From Candidatus Latescibacterota bacterium (GTDB lineage Bacteria > Latescibacterota > UBA2968 > UBA8231): a stretch of 64,000 nucleotides of DNA. Shown piece by piece: positions 39,238-49,565 of this stretch (position 1 is the first letter of the stretch; every line of letters begins with the position of its first letter). Under the pieces are notes generated by a model. The model was not told where the DNA came from. It saw nothing but the letters and a program-made list of their open reading frames with translations, and made no database searches. Position numbers and translations under genes: made by a program. The stretch lies in contig OZ253462.1 of NCBI GenBank assembly GCA_965261395.1, forward strand, positions 2,400,001-2,464,000. Direction: 5' to 3'.

Positions 39238-40644
39238 TTGCAAACTCGACGCTGTCATACCGTAGGCGGTAACGACATCACCGTCCTCTGGGCTGCTGAG
39301 GCGGAACTCCACGGAAAGCTCAAGCCGCCCGAGGACGGCGACGAGACGCAGGGCGAGCGCCCCTATCTTTGGGTCGAAGGCTGGCACAGTCGGGACGATT
39401 GGTTTAGCTGGACGGTGGAGCTTGACGAGCCGCAGAATTTCCAGCTAGCGATAACCTATTCCTGCGGTGCCGACGCGGTTGGCTCTGAGCTTGAGATCAG
39501 GGCCGGTGCCAGCACTGTCGCGTTCGTCGCGGAATCGACTCGTGGCTGGATGCCGGACTGGGGAATGGAGTGGAGCAGCTTTGCCAAGCATTCGCTCGCG
39601 GGTTCGCTCCAGTTGGACAAAGGCGTCAGCACGATTGAGTTCCGCGCTAGGAAAAAGGCCGGCACCGGGGAACTGCCCCGCCTTTATACCCTCAAACTGA
39701 CACCAGAGACCGAGGTTGCGCGGTTCGCCGGTATTGCCGAACGGGCGCGGAGCGGACGCGCTAGCACCGATTGGTTTGCCGACGCCCAGTACGGCTTGAG
39801 TTTTCACTGGACCGCCATGTCGCAGGCCCGCCGCGGCAAGCCCAAGCCCTTCCCACAGGCTGTTGCCGACTTTGCCGTCGAGCCTTTCGCCGACATGGTG
39901 GAAGAAGCGGGGGCTGGATACGTCATCTTTACCTCGACCCATGCGCCGCACTTCTATCCAGCGCCAATTGAGGCGATAGAGCGCATCCTACCGGGGAATA
40001 CCTGCGAGCGCGACCTGATTGGCGATCTAGCCGATGTCTTACAGCGCCGCCGCGTTCCGCTGATTCTCTACTATCCCGGCGGCCGGAGCAGCGACGATAC
40101 CCCTGCAATACCGTGGGGACAGGCCTCCGGCTGGAACGACGACCGGGAATCCTATTTTCGCAACTTTTGCGCCATATTCGCGGAAATAGGCGAGCGCTAC
40201 GGCAGCAAGGTCGCTGGGTACTGGTTCGACTTTTGTCCCTTCAACGTCTCCCATCGCTTTGAACCACTGTACGCAGCCGCTAAGACGGGCAATCCAGACC
40301 GCATCGTCGCTTGGAATAGCTGGCTCAATCGCAAGCCAAGTGACTTCCAAGATTACTGGGCCGGCGAAGTCGGGGAATTTCTCGCCCTTCCCGCTCCCGA
40401 ACATCACGGCGATCTCCAGCCCCACGTCTGGTTTTTTCTCGATGATGAATGGACCCACGAAGAGCCGGATACCGATATTCCGCCGCCGCTCTACCGCACC
40501 GCCGATTTAATTGACCACATCAAAACGGCTGGCGAGCGCAGAATCCCCGTGTCGATGAATGTCGGGGTGTATCAGGATGGCACGGTGTCCAAGGCGACGA
40601 TGCAACAGTTACTGGAGATTAAGAAAGTGATCAGGCGTACCTAG
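39238..40644 (+). CDS. GH29-like alpha-L-fucosidase with N-terminal beta-sandwich/CBM-like domain
   Basis: WFADAQYGLSFHW, GAGYVIFTSTH, RDLIGDL, GYWFD; start uncertain. Confidence 0.7.
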   Translation: MQTRRCHTVGGNDITVLWAAEAELHGKLKPPEDGDETQGERPYLWVEGWHSRDDWFSWTVELDEPQNFQLAITYSCGADAVGSELEIRAGASTVAFVAESTRGWMPDWGMEWSSFAKHSLAGSLQLDKGVSTIEFRARKKAGTGELPRLYTLKLTPETEVARFAGIAERARSGRASTDWFADAQYGLSFHWTAMSQARRGKPKPFPQAVADFAVEPFADMVEEAGAGYVIFTSTHAPHFYPAPIEAIERILPGNTCERDLIGDLADVLQRRRVPLILYYPGGRSSDDTPAIPWGQASGWNDDRESYFRNFCAIFAEIGERYGSKVAGYWFDFCPFNVSHRFEPLYAAAKTGNPDRIVAWNSWLNRKPSDFQDYWAGEVGEFLALPAPEHHGDLQPHVWFFLDDEWTHEEPDTDIPPPLYRTADLIDHIKTAGERRIPVSMNVGVYQDGTVSKATMQQLLEIKKVIRRT

Positions 40645-42965
40645 TAGGCTACGGCCACGATCCGTCGCACGCTGCGATCTCCGGCGTCGCCAGCGATGTG
40701 CAGCTCGGCTATGTAGAGGCCGGGCGGCACGCGCTGGCCGTCTTGGTCGCGGCCGTCCCAGTGCCATGCGATGTGGCCAGCTTGGCCGTCCCGCTCTTGG
40801 CTAAAAAGCGGCCGGCCGGACAAATCATAGAGCCGCAGGTGCAAGGGGCGGTCGGAGAGTACGTTGATGAGGTCGAAGGAGATGCGGAGCTGGTCGTTGA
40901 TCCCGTCGCCGTTGGGCGTAATGAGCGCGGGGCTGAACGAGAGGCTGGCAAAGAGCTGGTCGGCGATAGGTAGGCGCACGACGTTGGAACTGCTCTCGAC
41001 TTGGGGTGCGTCGTCGCCTGGGTCCACAAGCTGGCGCGTCTGTGCCTTTTGGCTGTCTTCGAGAAAGGCATCAAAGCGGGTCGCCTGTAGGTAGATAGGG
41101 GCGGTGAAACGCAGTTCGACGAGCTGGCGGCTGCGGATGCGGCGCGGGAAGGTGGCGCGAAAGCCCTGAGCGAGGTCTTCGGTGGTGACCTCGACGGGCT
41201 CGCCATCGACAAAGGCGGCGTCAAAGCGGGGGGCTGTGGTGGCTTCAATTGCGATCTGGTCGAAGCCGTCTCGGGTCGTCGCGGGCCGCAGGAAGTAAGA
41301 AAACAAGGTCTCTTGGCCGGGCGCGACTTGGAGGGGGAACACCTCACCGACGACCTCGGAAGCGAGTGGATCGCTGAAGTTGACGGCCAGCCAGTCGAAG
41401 TGGGCCGCCTGCGTCGGGCTGTCGGACACCAAGCGCACATCGAGTTCCATGAAGCGGCGCGGCGAAGGCGACTGGAAGGCCGCGCCCGAAGCGCTGTAGA
41501 TATTGCTCCAGGGGCTCCAGTCCGTACCGGGGATGCGCGTGGTGTCGATTCTGCCCTTGAAACTGGGGATCAGTTTGTCGTAGCGCTTCTGGGTTACTTT
41601 CCTGCCATTTTTATCGTAAAAAGTGTATTGCTCTACTACCTCGTTGCCCGTGCGCGAGCGGATTTCGATGTGGGTGCCCGAGGGGGTCTGGGCCTGCCAC
41701 TCAATCGAGTTGAGATTCTTGCCACTGCCCAAGTCGATGAGCGGTGAGCGGAGACGGACCGCGAGGGGGTAGCCCTCGCCGTACACTTGGATTTCTTCGG
41801 CCGAGCCAGATGCTCGGCAGCCCCAGCTCGCGGCGGCGTCGGGCACGGTTGCGGCGCAGGTGGCGTCCCAAACTAGCCAAGCGATGCGTACGTAGCGGGC
41901 CGGCAGGGTGGGGAACTGGTGGTCGGCTAGCCCGGCCCTGTGGTTTTCGCTGTCGGGGTACCCGGCAAAGTGCCGCGTCCAGCGGCGAGTGCCGTCGGGG
42001 GCAATGGTGCCGTCCGAAGTGAGGACCTCGTAATTTTTGTAGCTGAAGGACCGCGGACCGCTGGCCCCGGCCCGGGTGCGCAGCAGGTGTTCGCCAAAGC
42101 CGCCGCGGATGGCTATGCCGGTAATCAGGCGCACGAAGTCCACTGGATAGACGGCCCCTAAGTCGATGGTGATGTGGCTCCAGGTGTTGTAGGTGTTGCG
42201 CGGTTCGCGCCCGTTGCGCCAGCGGTTGAAGATTGAGCCATCGACTAGGTTTAGCGCGTTGCCCAAAGTGACTTCTTCGGCGCGGACAAAGGCGTCGATT
42301 ACTATGTCGATAGCTCCACCTCGCTCGATGAGGTTGAGGGTGAGATTGTCGCCGATACTCTCGACCTCGACGGCGACAAGCCGGGCGTCGGGAACGTGCT
42401 TAAGGTTGCGGATTTGCAGGTAGCGGATCGGTGTCAGGTAGAGTGCGTCGCCCGGGGCGAATGCGACGCGGTGGCGTGCGTTTTCCTTGAAGCGTTCCTT
42501 AATGCGGTAGATCAGGGAGCCTTTGATCGGACTGGCTACTTGGTCGAGCTGCGGCTCGCCGGAGGAGAGCAAGAGATCGAACAGTTCAAAAGGGGGCGCG
42601 TCGTCGGCAAAGACCAAGGCAATGCTGCGCGCCGAGACGCTGCGGCCGAGATCGATTTCCACGAACCAGTCGTCTGGGTCGTCGTCCGGGTTGGGTGCCC
42701 AGCCGGTCGCTGGGTTGCCGTCGAGGAGTGCGTGGGCGTCCCTCGGATTGGAGCCAGCCCGGTGGATGCCGCCGCCTAGCTGGAGCGCGTCGCGTGCAGC
42801 GTTGGTATTTTTTGCAACGCGCACCGGCTGAATCGAGCCGGTGGCCGCAATTTCGACCGCGCCGAGGGGCAGTTGCCAATCGCTCCACTGGCGCGCCGAG
42901 CTAAAGCGCAGTTGGTCGGCGTCAGCAGCGGCGACCAAGAAGAGGAACAACAGGGCGGAGGACAT
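40641..42965 (-). CDS. Secreted protein, paralogue of 12051-14414, discoidin-like domains plus FlgD-Ig tail
   Basis: Signal peptide; LDGNPATGW..IDLGR; RSRTGN..WSNIY..FQSPSPRRF; ITPNGDGIND..WDGRD..PPGLY. Confidence 0.7.
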   Translation of the reverse strand: MSSALLFLFLVAAADADQLRFSSARQWSDWQLPLGAVEIAATGSIQPVRVAKNTNAARDALQLGGGIHRAGSNPRDAHALLDGNPATGWAPNPDDDPDDWFVEIDLGRSVSARSIALVFADDAPPFELFDLLLSSGEPQLDQVASPIKGSLIYRIKERFKENARHRVAFAPGDALYLTPIRYLQIRNLKHVPDARLVAVEVESIGDNLTLNLIERGGAIDIVIDAFVRAEEVTLGNALNLVDGSIFNRWRNGREPRNTYNTWSHITIDLGAVYPVDFVRLITGIAIRGGFGEHLLRTRAGASGPRSFSYKNYEVLTSDGTIAPDGTRRWTRHFAGYPDSENHRAGLADHQFPTLPARYVRIAWLVWDATCAATVPDAAASWGCRASGSAEEIQVYGEGYPLAVRLRSPLIDLGSGKNLNSIEWQAQTPSGTHIEIRSRTGNEVVEQYTFYDKNGRKVTQKRYDKLIPSFKGRIDTTRIPGTDWSPWSNIYSASGAAFQSPSPRRFMELDVRLVSDSPTQAAHFDWLAVNFSDPLASEVVGEVFPLQVAPGQETLFSYFLRPATTRDGFDQIAIEATTAPRFDAAFVDGEPVEVTTEDLAQGFRATFPRRIRSRQLVELRFTAPIYLQATRFDAFLEDSQKAQTRQLVDPGDDAPQVESSSNVVRLPIADQLFASLSFSPALITPNGDGINDQLRISFDLINVLSDRPLHLRLYDLSGRPLFSQERDGQAGHIAWHWDGRDQDGQRVPPGLYIAELHIAGDAGDRSVRRIVAVAY

Positions 42966-42977
42966 GGGTTTAGACGC

Positions 42978-45410
42978 TCAGCGCAACAGGAGCAACTTGC
43001 GCACCTGGACCTGCTCACCAGCGCGCAGGCGGTAGATGTAAGCACCAGTGGCTAAGCGCCCGCCCGCATCGTTGCGCCCGTCCCAATGGACCGTGTAGTG
43101 TCCGGCCGCGTGCCAGCCGCGTGCGAGGCGGGCGATCTTTTGGCCGGTGAGGTTGTAGATGGCCAATTCGATGTCGGCTGCTTGCGATAGTGCGAAGCGG
43201 AGGGCGGTGGTGCTATTGAAGGGGTTGGGGACGTTCTGGGTAAGGACGAAGGCGGCAGGTTGGTCCGCGCTGAATACTTCGGCGACGGCCGTTGGCACGT
43301 GCGGCACGGACGGGATGCGCGTTACTAGGCGCACATCGTCTAGGTAGAAGGTACCCGTCATGTTGCCCTCAAAGCGGAGGGCGTCAATCCAGTCCACTTG
43401 GTCGCGGAGGCCGGGACCGTAATAATTGGGCTGGTCGAAGGCCGTAAAGGGGATTTCTAGGACCTGCCACTCGCGGCGCAAAAAATCGATTTGAAACTGC
43501 TCGGGATCGCGCGCCAAATCCACGCCAATGCCGTCGATGAAGAGAACGAAGATGGGAAAGGTCGGCAGTTCGCTGTCGCCGGGATGGAAGGCGAAGCGCA
43601 GGCCGGCAAAACCGAGGGGATCAACGGGCGCGTCTGGACGGAATTCGATGGCCCACGGAGTGTAGAAGTTTTTGGGCTCCGCCTCGACGGCAGCGACGCG
43701 GGTGCCGTCGAAGATGGGGCCATCGCCGGTGGCTTGCACTTGGGCACCCTTGTCGCCGGCCAACTGCCAGTTGGCCGCTATGCTCTCGTCAAAGACGGAC
43801 AAGTCCGGCGGCAAGAGGGCGATTGAGTGGATGAAATCGAAGCCCTTGAAGACGCCGTCGATCTCTTGTTCGAGGCGCACGACCACTTCGTACAAGCCCT
43901 TGGACAGGTCGGCAGTCTCCAAGCGGGTGTCGAGTTGGTAGGTATGGTCGTCGAGGGCGACCAGCGGCAGGGCTGCCGGACCGCCCAAGGAGCTTAAATC
44001 CGCGGTCAGGCGAGGCGGTCCGCCGTCGGGAACGAGCCGTTCGACGCGTACCGTAGCGCGGACTTGGAGCGCATCGCCGATGGACAGGGTGTCGGGTATC
44101 TGGGGTTCCCACGAGCCGCCGATGGGGCTATAGGTGATCTTGATGACGAGGTCATTGCGGTTGTCGCTGGTGACGTATAGACTGCCCTCGGCGTCGGTGG
44201 CAAGCCCGACGGGGAAGCCCCAGACATCGCCTTGGGTCTGCCCGGCCTGGAAGCCGGTGATAAAGCTGCCCATGCGGGCGTCGCTGCCATCGGGTTGGCT
44301 AAAGAGGGCGGCCACTTGGTAGCCGGGGTGCGACGAGAGCTTGGCTTTGCCGGCGCGGAAGGCGACGAGGGCGGTGTTGTGGTAGCGGGTGGGGAACTGG
44401 TCGCCGGTGTAGAAGTGGAGGCCCATCGGCGCGTAGTGGGCCGGCACCAAGGCCACCGGGCGTTTTTGGGTGGCGACGAGGAGGCTGTCATCGCGGGTGA
44501 TGGGCAGTACTTTTTCGTAGCCATCAATGGCGAAGTCGCTCCAGACTTGATGGCTGTGGACCAAAGGATAGCCCATAAAGTCTTGGTCGCCGATGATGTC
44601 AATCCACTCAGGCGGACGAGTGCGGCCTTCGAGATCGTGACCGTTGTGGTTGGCCCACAGCGCATTGGTCTGCGGGTGGAAGTCCATGCCGATGACGTGG
44701 CGGATGCCAGTGGCAAAGATGCGGCGGCCGCTGCCGTCGGGATTGAATTGCACGATGGTGCCGCGCTCGGGGTGGTGGGGCACTCGGTTGGTGGTGTTGC
44801 CGACGACCTGAAAGCCCTCGTCCATGCGGCACAGGTCGCAGGGCGAGCCGACCGACAGATACATTTTGTCGTTGCGGCGATCGACGACGAGGGTGCGGGT
44901 ATCGTGCCAGCCCTCCCAAGGAACGTCGGGCAGGACGACTTCTTCTTGCTCGTATACTAGGTCGCCGTCGGTGTCGCGCACGCGGATGACTTGGTGTTCC
45001 TCGGCGACGTAGAGCGCGCCTTTGTAGAACAGTAGGCTGTGGGCTTCTTTGAGTCCGCGCAGGGCGACGATGCGCTCGTCGGCGACGCCATCGCGGTCGC
45101 GGTCGGGCAGGGCGACGATCTGGCCGGCACTCATGTTGGCCACGTGCAACACGCCATTGGCGTCAAAGGCCATAAAGCGGGGTTTGCGTAGCCCCTCGTG
45201 GGCGAAGACGTGGGCCGAGAAGCCAGGGGGAAGGTTGAGCATCAAGTCTTGGGGCACGGCACCGCGAAAGGACTCGGGTACGATGAGCGGGGTCGGCTGT
45301 AAGCCCAGATCGACTGCGGGGACTAGCGTTCCGGCGGGGTAGCCTTCGTCTTGGGCCATCCCGGCAGCGGCTAAGCTGAGGGCGAGAGCGAATGATCTGA
45401 CGATGTACAT
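42978..45410 (-). CDS. Secreted PQQ-dependent sugar (glucose/sorbosone) dehydrogenase-like protein with FlgD-Ig/secretion tail
   Basis: LPPGF, PRFMAF, SVGSPCD, ATGIR, HYAPMGLHFY; QNVPNPFNSTT..IYNLTGQ..WDGRN..GAYIYRL. Confidence 0.8.
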   Translation of the reverse strand: MYIVRSFALALSLAAAGMAQDEGYPAGTLVPAVDLGLQPTPLIVPESFRGAVPQDLMLNLPPGFSAHVFAHEGLRKPRFMAFDANGVLHVANMSAGQIVALPDRDRDGVADERIVALRGLKEAHSLLFYKGALYVAEEHQVIRVRDTDGDLVYEQEEVVLPDVPWEGWHDTRTLVVDRRNDKMYLSVGSPCDLCRMDEGFQVVGNTTNRVPHHPERGTIVQFNPDGSGRRIFATGIRHVIGMDFHPQTNALWANHNGHDLEGRTRPPEWIDIIGDQDFMGYPLVHSHQVWSDFAIDGYEKVLPITRDDSLLVATQKRPVALVPAHYAPMGLHFYTGDQFPTRYHNTALVAFRAGKAKLSSHPGYQVAALFSQPDGSDARMGSFITGFQAGQTQGDVWGFPVGLATDAEGSLYVTSDNRNDLVIKITYSPIGGSWEPQIPDTLSIGDALQVRATVRVERLVPDGGPPRLTADLSSLGGPAALPLVALDDHTYQLDTRLETADLSKGLYEVVVRLEQEIDGVFKGFDFIHSIALLPPDLSVFDESIAANWQLAGDKGAQVQATGDGPIFDGTRVAAVEAEPKNFYTPWAIEFRPDAPVDPLGFAGLRFAFHPGDSELPTFPIFVLFIDGIGVDLARDPEQFQIDFLRREWQVLEIPFTAFDQPNYYGPGLRDQVDWIDALRFEGNMTGTFYLDDVRLVTRIPSVPHVPTAVAEVFSADQPAAFVLTQNVPNPFNSTTALRFALSQAADIELAIYNLTGQKIARLARGWHAAGHYTVHWDGRNDAGGRLATGAYIYRLRAGEQVQVRKLLLLR

Positions 45411-45574
45411 GGGGGATCTTTTGGGATGGGATAGATATTCGTCCCTAAATTAGCATTTTTTGTACTAGGTGTGTCAATAATTCTAATTGTAGAATAAGTC
45501 ACCAGTGGCAAGTGCCCCTATTGAAAGCAGACAGGCATTTTCCACTTTCTACTCAGTCGAAGGATCTGATACTG

Positions 45575-46414
45575 ATGTCCTTTATGCCGCTCATAGGACG
45601 CATTGTGCTAGGAATCGCCGTGCTGGCTGTGGTGGGCTACGTTTTGGCCGCGGCCTATCTCTATTTTTTTCAGGAAAAATTCGTCTATAAGCCGAGTGCC
45701 CGCATAGAGGTCACGCCGGCCTCGGTGGGGATGCACTACGAAGAAGTCGCGTTGGTCGCCAGCGACGGGGTGCGGCTGACTGGGTGGTATCTGCCATTGG
45801 CCGATGCGAGGGGCACGGTGCTTTTTTGTCACGGCAATGCGGGTAACATATCGCATCTGCTCGCAGTGGCCGAGGACGCGCACCGGTTGGGCTTGGGGAT
45901 TTTGCTGTTTGACTATCGCGGCTATGGCCAGAGCGAGGGCACACTCTCTGAGGAAGGTACATACCTCGATGTAGAGGCGGCTTGGAATTACTTGGTGCAA
46001 GAAGCCGGGCTGGCCCCGGATCAAATTGCGATTGTCGGCCGCTCGCTGGGTGGGCCGATCGCCGCGCGGTTGGCGCGGGACAAGATGCCGGCTGCCCTGT
46101 TCTTAGAGGAGACCTTTACCTCCATACCCGAGCTGGGCCGAGAGCTGTATCCGATCTTTCCGGTCGGTCTGCTCGCCCGCTACGAGTATCCCACGCTGGA
46201 GTACCTAAAGCAGGTCCAATGCCCGGTGCTGATTTCCCACAGCCGCGACGACGGGTTTATTGTATTCGCGCACGGCCAGCGGCTGTACGAGGCCGCCAGT
46301 CAGCCCAAGGCGTTTACGGAGTTGCGAGGTGGCCATAGCTCGGCCTTTAGCGAGGATGCCGCCGCGTATGAGGCCGGGGTGGAGGCGTTCTTGACGGAGG
46401 TGCTGGGGTGGTGA
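45575..46414 (+). CDS. Membrane-anchored alpha/beta hydrolase
   Basis: CHGNAGN, DYRGYG, GRSLGG, HSRDD, GGH. Confidence 0.85.
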   Translation: MSFMPLIGRIVLGIAVLAVVGYVLAAAYLYFFQEKFVYKPSARIEVTPASVGMHYEEVALVASDGVRLTGWYLPLADARGTVLFCHGNAGNISHLLAVAEDAHRLGLGILLFDYRGYGQSEGTLSEEGTYLDVEAAWNYLVQEAGLAPDQIAIVGRSLGGPIAARLARDKMPAALFLEETFTSIPELGRELYPIFPVGLLARYEYPTLEYLKQVQCPVLISHSRDDGFIVFAHGQRLYEAASQPKAFTELRGGHSSAFSEDAAAYEAGVEAFLTEVLGW

Positions 46415-46441
46415 TGGAGAGGATTTCATTTATGACGTTAC

Positions 46442-46469
46442 GTAGGGGCGACCGGCCGGTCGCCCCTAC
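46442..46469. repeat. GTAG-family REP-like perfect palindrome
   Basis: GTAGGGGCGACCGGCCGGTCGCCCCTAC is its own reverse complement; intergenic. Confidence 0.8.
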
Positions 46470-46495
46470 CACAAAACCAACCTGTGGAGGTAGAG

Positions 46496-47716
46496 ATGAA
46501 CGAAACAAAGAAGGGTGAGGTCGTCCAATTGGCGATGGTGGGTTGCGGCGGCATGGCCGGGGCGCACCTACGGGGATACGAAGAGCTGTTGGAAAAGGGC
46601 GAGACGCGGTTTCGCATTGTCGCGGCCGTAGATGAGGTGCCCGCACGCGCCGAGGAGTTTGCCGCGCGGATCAATGGGTTTGCTGGGTGGGAGGTCAATA
46701 CCTATGCGAGCGTGACCGAATTGCTGGCCGGAGAAGACGCGCTCGACGGGGCCGATATATGCAGCCCGCACGGCTTGCACCACGTGCTGGCCTGCGAACT
46801 GCTAGAGGGCGGGGTTAACGTGCTGGTCGAAAAGCCGATTGGCGTCACAGTGCGGGCTTCGAAGAAGATCGCGCAGACGGCGCAGCGCTGCGGTCGGGTT
46901 GCTGCCACGGCCGAGCAGTGCCGCCGCGCCTTGGGCCAGCGCACGATTCACTGGGCCTTCAACGACGGCCTGTTGGGCGCGCCGAAGATGTGGTGGGCCG
47001 TGCAGGCGGGGTGGAACGATCCGGCCCAAGTGCCCAATTGGCACTGGCGAATCGATCGCAAATTAGGCGGCTGCGGCATGGTCATGGATAGCGGGGCACA
47101 CTGGGTTGACACCATGCGCTATTGGTTTGGCGAGATCGACAGCGTGTACGCCCGGGTCGAGCAGATCTACCCGCGCCCCCATAGCAAAGGCGAGGAAATT
47201 GTCAATAGTGCGTCCGAGGACTTTTGGACCAGCATATTCAACTTCGAAAGCGGCTTGATTGGCACTTGGTCGTGGACGATCAGTGCGCCGGGCAAGGGCT
47301 TTACCCAACTGACGCTGAGCGGCGAGAAGGGGTCAATCATCGACACGGATATTTTCCACCCGGCGGCCTTTCAGGCGCGCGGCGAGTGCCAGCTCGCCGA
47401 CGGTACCACGCACAGCATGGACGAGCTGCAGGAAATGTATTTGGCGACCCTGAGCGAGGAGAAAAAGGACGCGCTCTTCCCGTATGGGATCACTGGTGGG
47501 GTGACGCTGGAATTGTGGGATTTTATCGACGCGTTGAGCAAGGGTCGGCCGGTAGAAATCGACGCGGAGGAAGGTTTGCGCAGCAAGGCCGTCAGCGAGG
47601 CCATCTACGAATCCGGCCAGTCCGGGCAGGTGGTGCAGGTCGCCGATGTGCTGGCGGGCAAGGTCGACGGGTACCAGCGCGATGTCGATCAGGCGTGGGG
47701 GTTAGTCGCCGGTTAA
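46496..47716 (+). CDS. Gfo/Idh/MocA-family oxidoreductase
   Basis: VGCGGMA, CSPHGLH, VEKPI, DSGAHWVD. Confidence 0.9.
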   Translation: MNETKKGEVVQLAMVGCGGMAGAHLRGYEELLEKGETRFRIVAAVDEVPARAEEFAARINGFAGWEVNTYASVTELLAGEDALDGADICSPHGLHHVLACELLEGGVNVLVEKPIGVTVRASKKIAQTAQRCGRVAATAEQCRRALGQRTIHWAFNDGLLGAPKMWWAVQAGWNDPAQVPNWHWRIDRKLGGCGMVMDSGAHWVDTMRYWFGEIDSVYARVEQIYPRPHSKGEEIVNSASEDFWTSIFNFESGLIGTWSWTISAPGKGFTQLTLSGEKGSIIDTDIFHPAAFQARGECQLADGTTHSMDELQEMYLATLSEEKKDALFPYGITGGVTLELWDFIDALSKGRPVEIDAEEGLRSKAVSEAIYESGQSGQVVQVADVLAGKVDGYQRDVDQAWGLVAG

Positions 47717-48721
47717 GCGGCACCAGAGCCGCTTTAGGGCTTGGTCGGTGCGCTGGGCGTCGAATGGGTTGTTGGTGCGCTGGAGGTCGGCGATGCGCTC
47801 GGGATGGGATGGGTCCGGCAACAGGCGGAACGTGAAGAAGTAGGCACCGGTGGAATCGAGATAGAAGTCGGAGCGGCCAAAGCGCAGGTCGTAGAAGTAA
47901 AGCGCGTCGTCGCGTCGCTCCACCTGATAGTACCCGCGCGAAAACCAGAACAGGCGCTGGACGGGTGGGTCGGCGCGCCGGGGGGCGATGAGGTGGGTGT
48001 TGCGCTCGATGCGGCGGAAGCGGATCGCCGAGTCGTCGTCGAGCAGGGAGTACAGCCCGGCCCACAGGTGGTCGTCCGCGCCGGCCAAGCCCGACCACAG
48101 CACGGCGTTGAATGGGGTCGGCGCGACGTACAGGCGTTCGTAGGCAATGTCTTGGTCGGCGAGGGCATGGGCAAAGGTACTGCGCACGTGCAGGCAAATC
48201 GCGGTGGTAGCGAGCAGATACGCCGTGCTCAAGCCGAGGCCTAGCGCGTTGAGCCGCCGCCGCCAGGGCAGTCGCCGCTGGCACAGGGCGGCGATGAGGC
48301 CAATGGCTAAGGGCAGGGTATAGAGCGGGTCTATGACGAAGATGGCACTGAAGGCGACCGGGTAGTTGCTGAACGGACTGAACAATTGGGTGCCGTACCC
48401 GGTGAAGCAGTCGAGGAGGGCGTGCGTGAGGATTGCCCAGAACGCCAGCGCGGCCCACTCGCGCCCACTCGCGCCCCGGTGTAGCTTGGACAGCGTCCAG
48501 CCCACCCCGAGGCCACCGACCACCGCAAAGAGCAGGGAGTGCGACACCCAGCGGTGAACGACCAGTTGGGCCGTCCCCGACAGAAAGGCCGCGCCCAACA
48601 CATCGAGGTCTGGAAGGATGCCGACGGCCGCGCCCCACAGGGGGGCCTTGTTGCCAACCTTTTTGCCTAAGACCTTTTCGCCGACGGCCGCGCCGAGCGC
48701 GATTTGCGTAACGCTATCCAT
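47702..48721 (-). CDS. Membrane-bound metal-dependent hydrolase (YdjM-like)
   Basis: MDSVTQIALGAA, LPDLD, HRWVSHS, HALLD..TGYGT, IDPLYT. Confidence 0.85.
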   Translation of the reverse strand: MDSVTQIALGAAVGEKVLGKKVGNKAPLWGAAVGILPDLDVLGAAFLSGTAQLVVHRWVSHSLLFAVVGGLGVGWTLSKLHRGASGREWAALAFWAILTHALLDCFTGYGTQLFSPFSNYPVAFSAIFVIDPLYTLPLAIGLIAALCQRRLPWRRRLNALGLGLSTAYLLATTAICLHVRSTFAHALADQDIAYERLYVAPTPFNAVLWSGLAGADDHLWAGLYSLLDDDSAIRFRRIERNTHLIAPRRADPPVQRLFWFSRGYYQVERRDDALYFYDLRFGRSDFYLDSTGAYFFTFRLLPDPSHPERIADLQRTNNPFDAQRTDQALKRLWCRLTGD

Positions 48722-48734
48722 GGGAGCTTTAGAT

Positions 48735-49562
48735 TTGCAGAGAACAACGTACGAAGAAAACGCCGCGAGTGCATTGTGGCGGCCCGTGGGGCCGGACGAG
48801 TGCGCCGACCCGCTCCGCGCCTTGGCCCGGGCGGATATACCGGCAATCCTGTTGCCCCAGGTCTGCAAGCCAGCCGATTGCCAGCGGCTAATAGAGCGCT
48901 TTGGCGAGCGCGGGTTGCTGCGCGCCCCGGGCAACGAGCGCTCGCGCATCGACATTGGCACTAGCCTCGGTAACTTGGGTGGCGACCAAGAGGCATTCTT
49001 GGCTGATGCAGAGGAGACGCACGCGCTTTTTGCCACCCTTTTTGAGGGTTTGCTCGATCCAGTGCAACTGCTCTATCGGCACTTGCAGGGGTTGGCACCA
49101 AACAAGGCGGTTAAGACGGCACGCGAGCGCGACGGACGCTTGTATGGCCCGGCCATCTTCCGCATCCACTACGAGACCCACTCCTATAGTCCGCACATCG
49201 ACCACGTGGTCCTGCGCGAAAAGCGGTTCAACTATGCGGTGGCTCGCTTTACCCACCAATTTGCCGGCGTGCTATGCGTGCAGAACGCGGATTCTGCGGG
49301 CCCCGGGGTGCAAGCTGTGTTGCACCGTTGCCTGTGGACCGAGGAGATACAGCCGTATATCGCCGAGGGCGGTTTTCACGAGTACGCGGCCGCGCACGGC
49401 GTGGAGCACTGCGAGGTCGCGCTTGAGCCGGGCGATCTGTATTTCTTCAATACGCGCTGCATCCACGAGGTCCCAGCGGTGCAGGGGGACGATCCGCGAG
49501 TAGTGCTCGCCGCCTTCATTGGCTATGCCGAAGACGACGACGAAATCTACGTGTGGTCTTAA
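48735..49562 (+). CDS. 2OG-Fe(II) oxygenase-like protein
   Basis: HID...PGDLYFFN..IHEV...R facial-triad pattern; start TTG 48735 or ATG 48720. Confidence 0.65.
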   Translation: MQRTTYEENAASALWRPVGPDECADPLRALARADIPAILLPQVCKPADCQRLIERFGERGLLRAPGNERSRIDIGTSLGNLGGDQEAFLADAEETHALFATLFEGLLDPVQLLYRHLQGLAPNKAVKTARERDGRLYGPAIFRIHYETHSYSPHIDHVVLREKRFNYAVARFTHQFAGVLCVQNADSAGPGVQAVLHRCLWTEEIQPYIAEGGFHEYAAAHGVEHCEVALEPGDLYFFNTRCIHEVPAVQGDDPRVVLAAFIGYAEDDDEIYVWS

Positions 49563-49565
49563 CTC

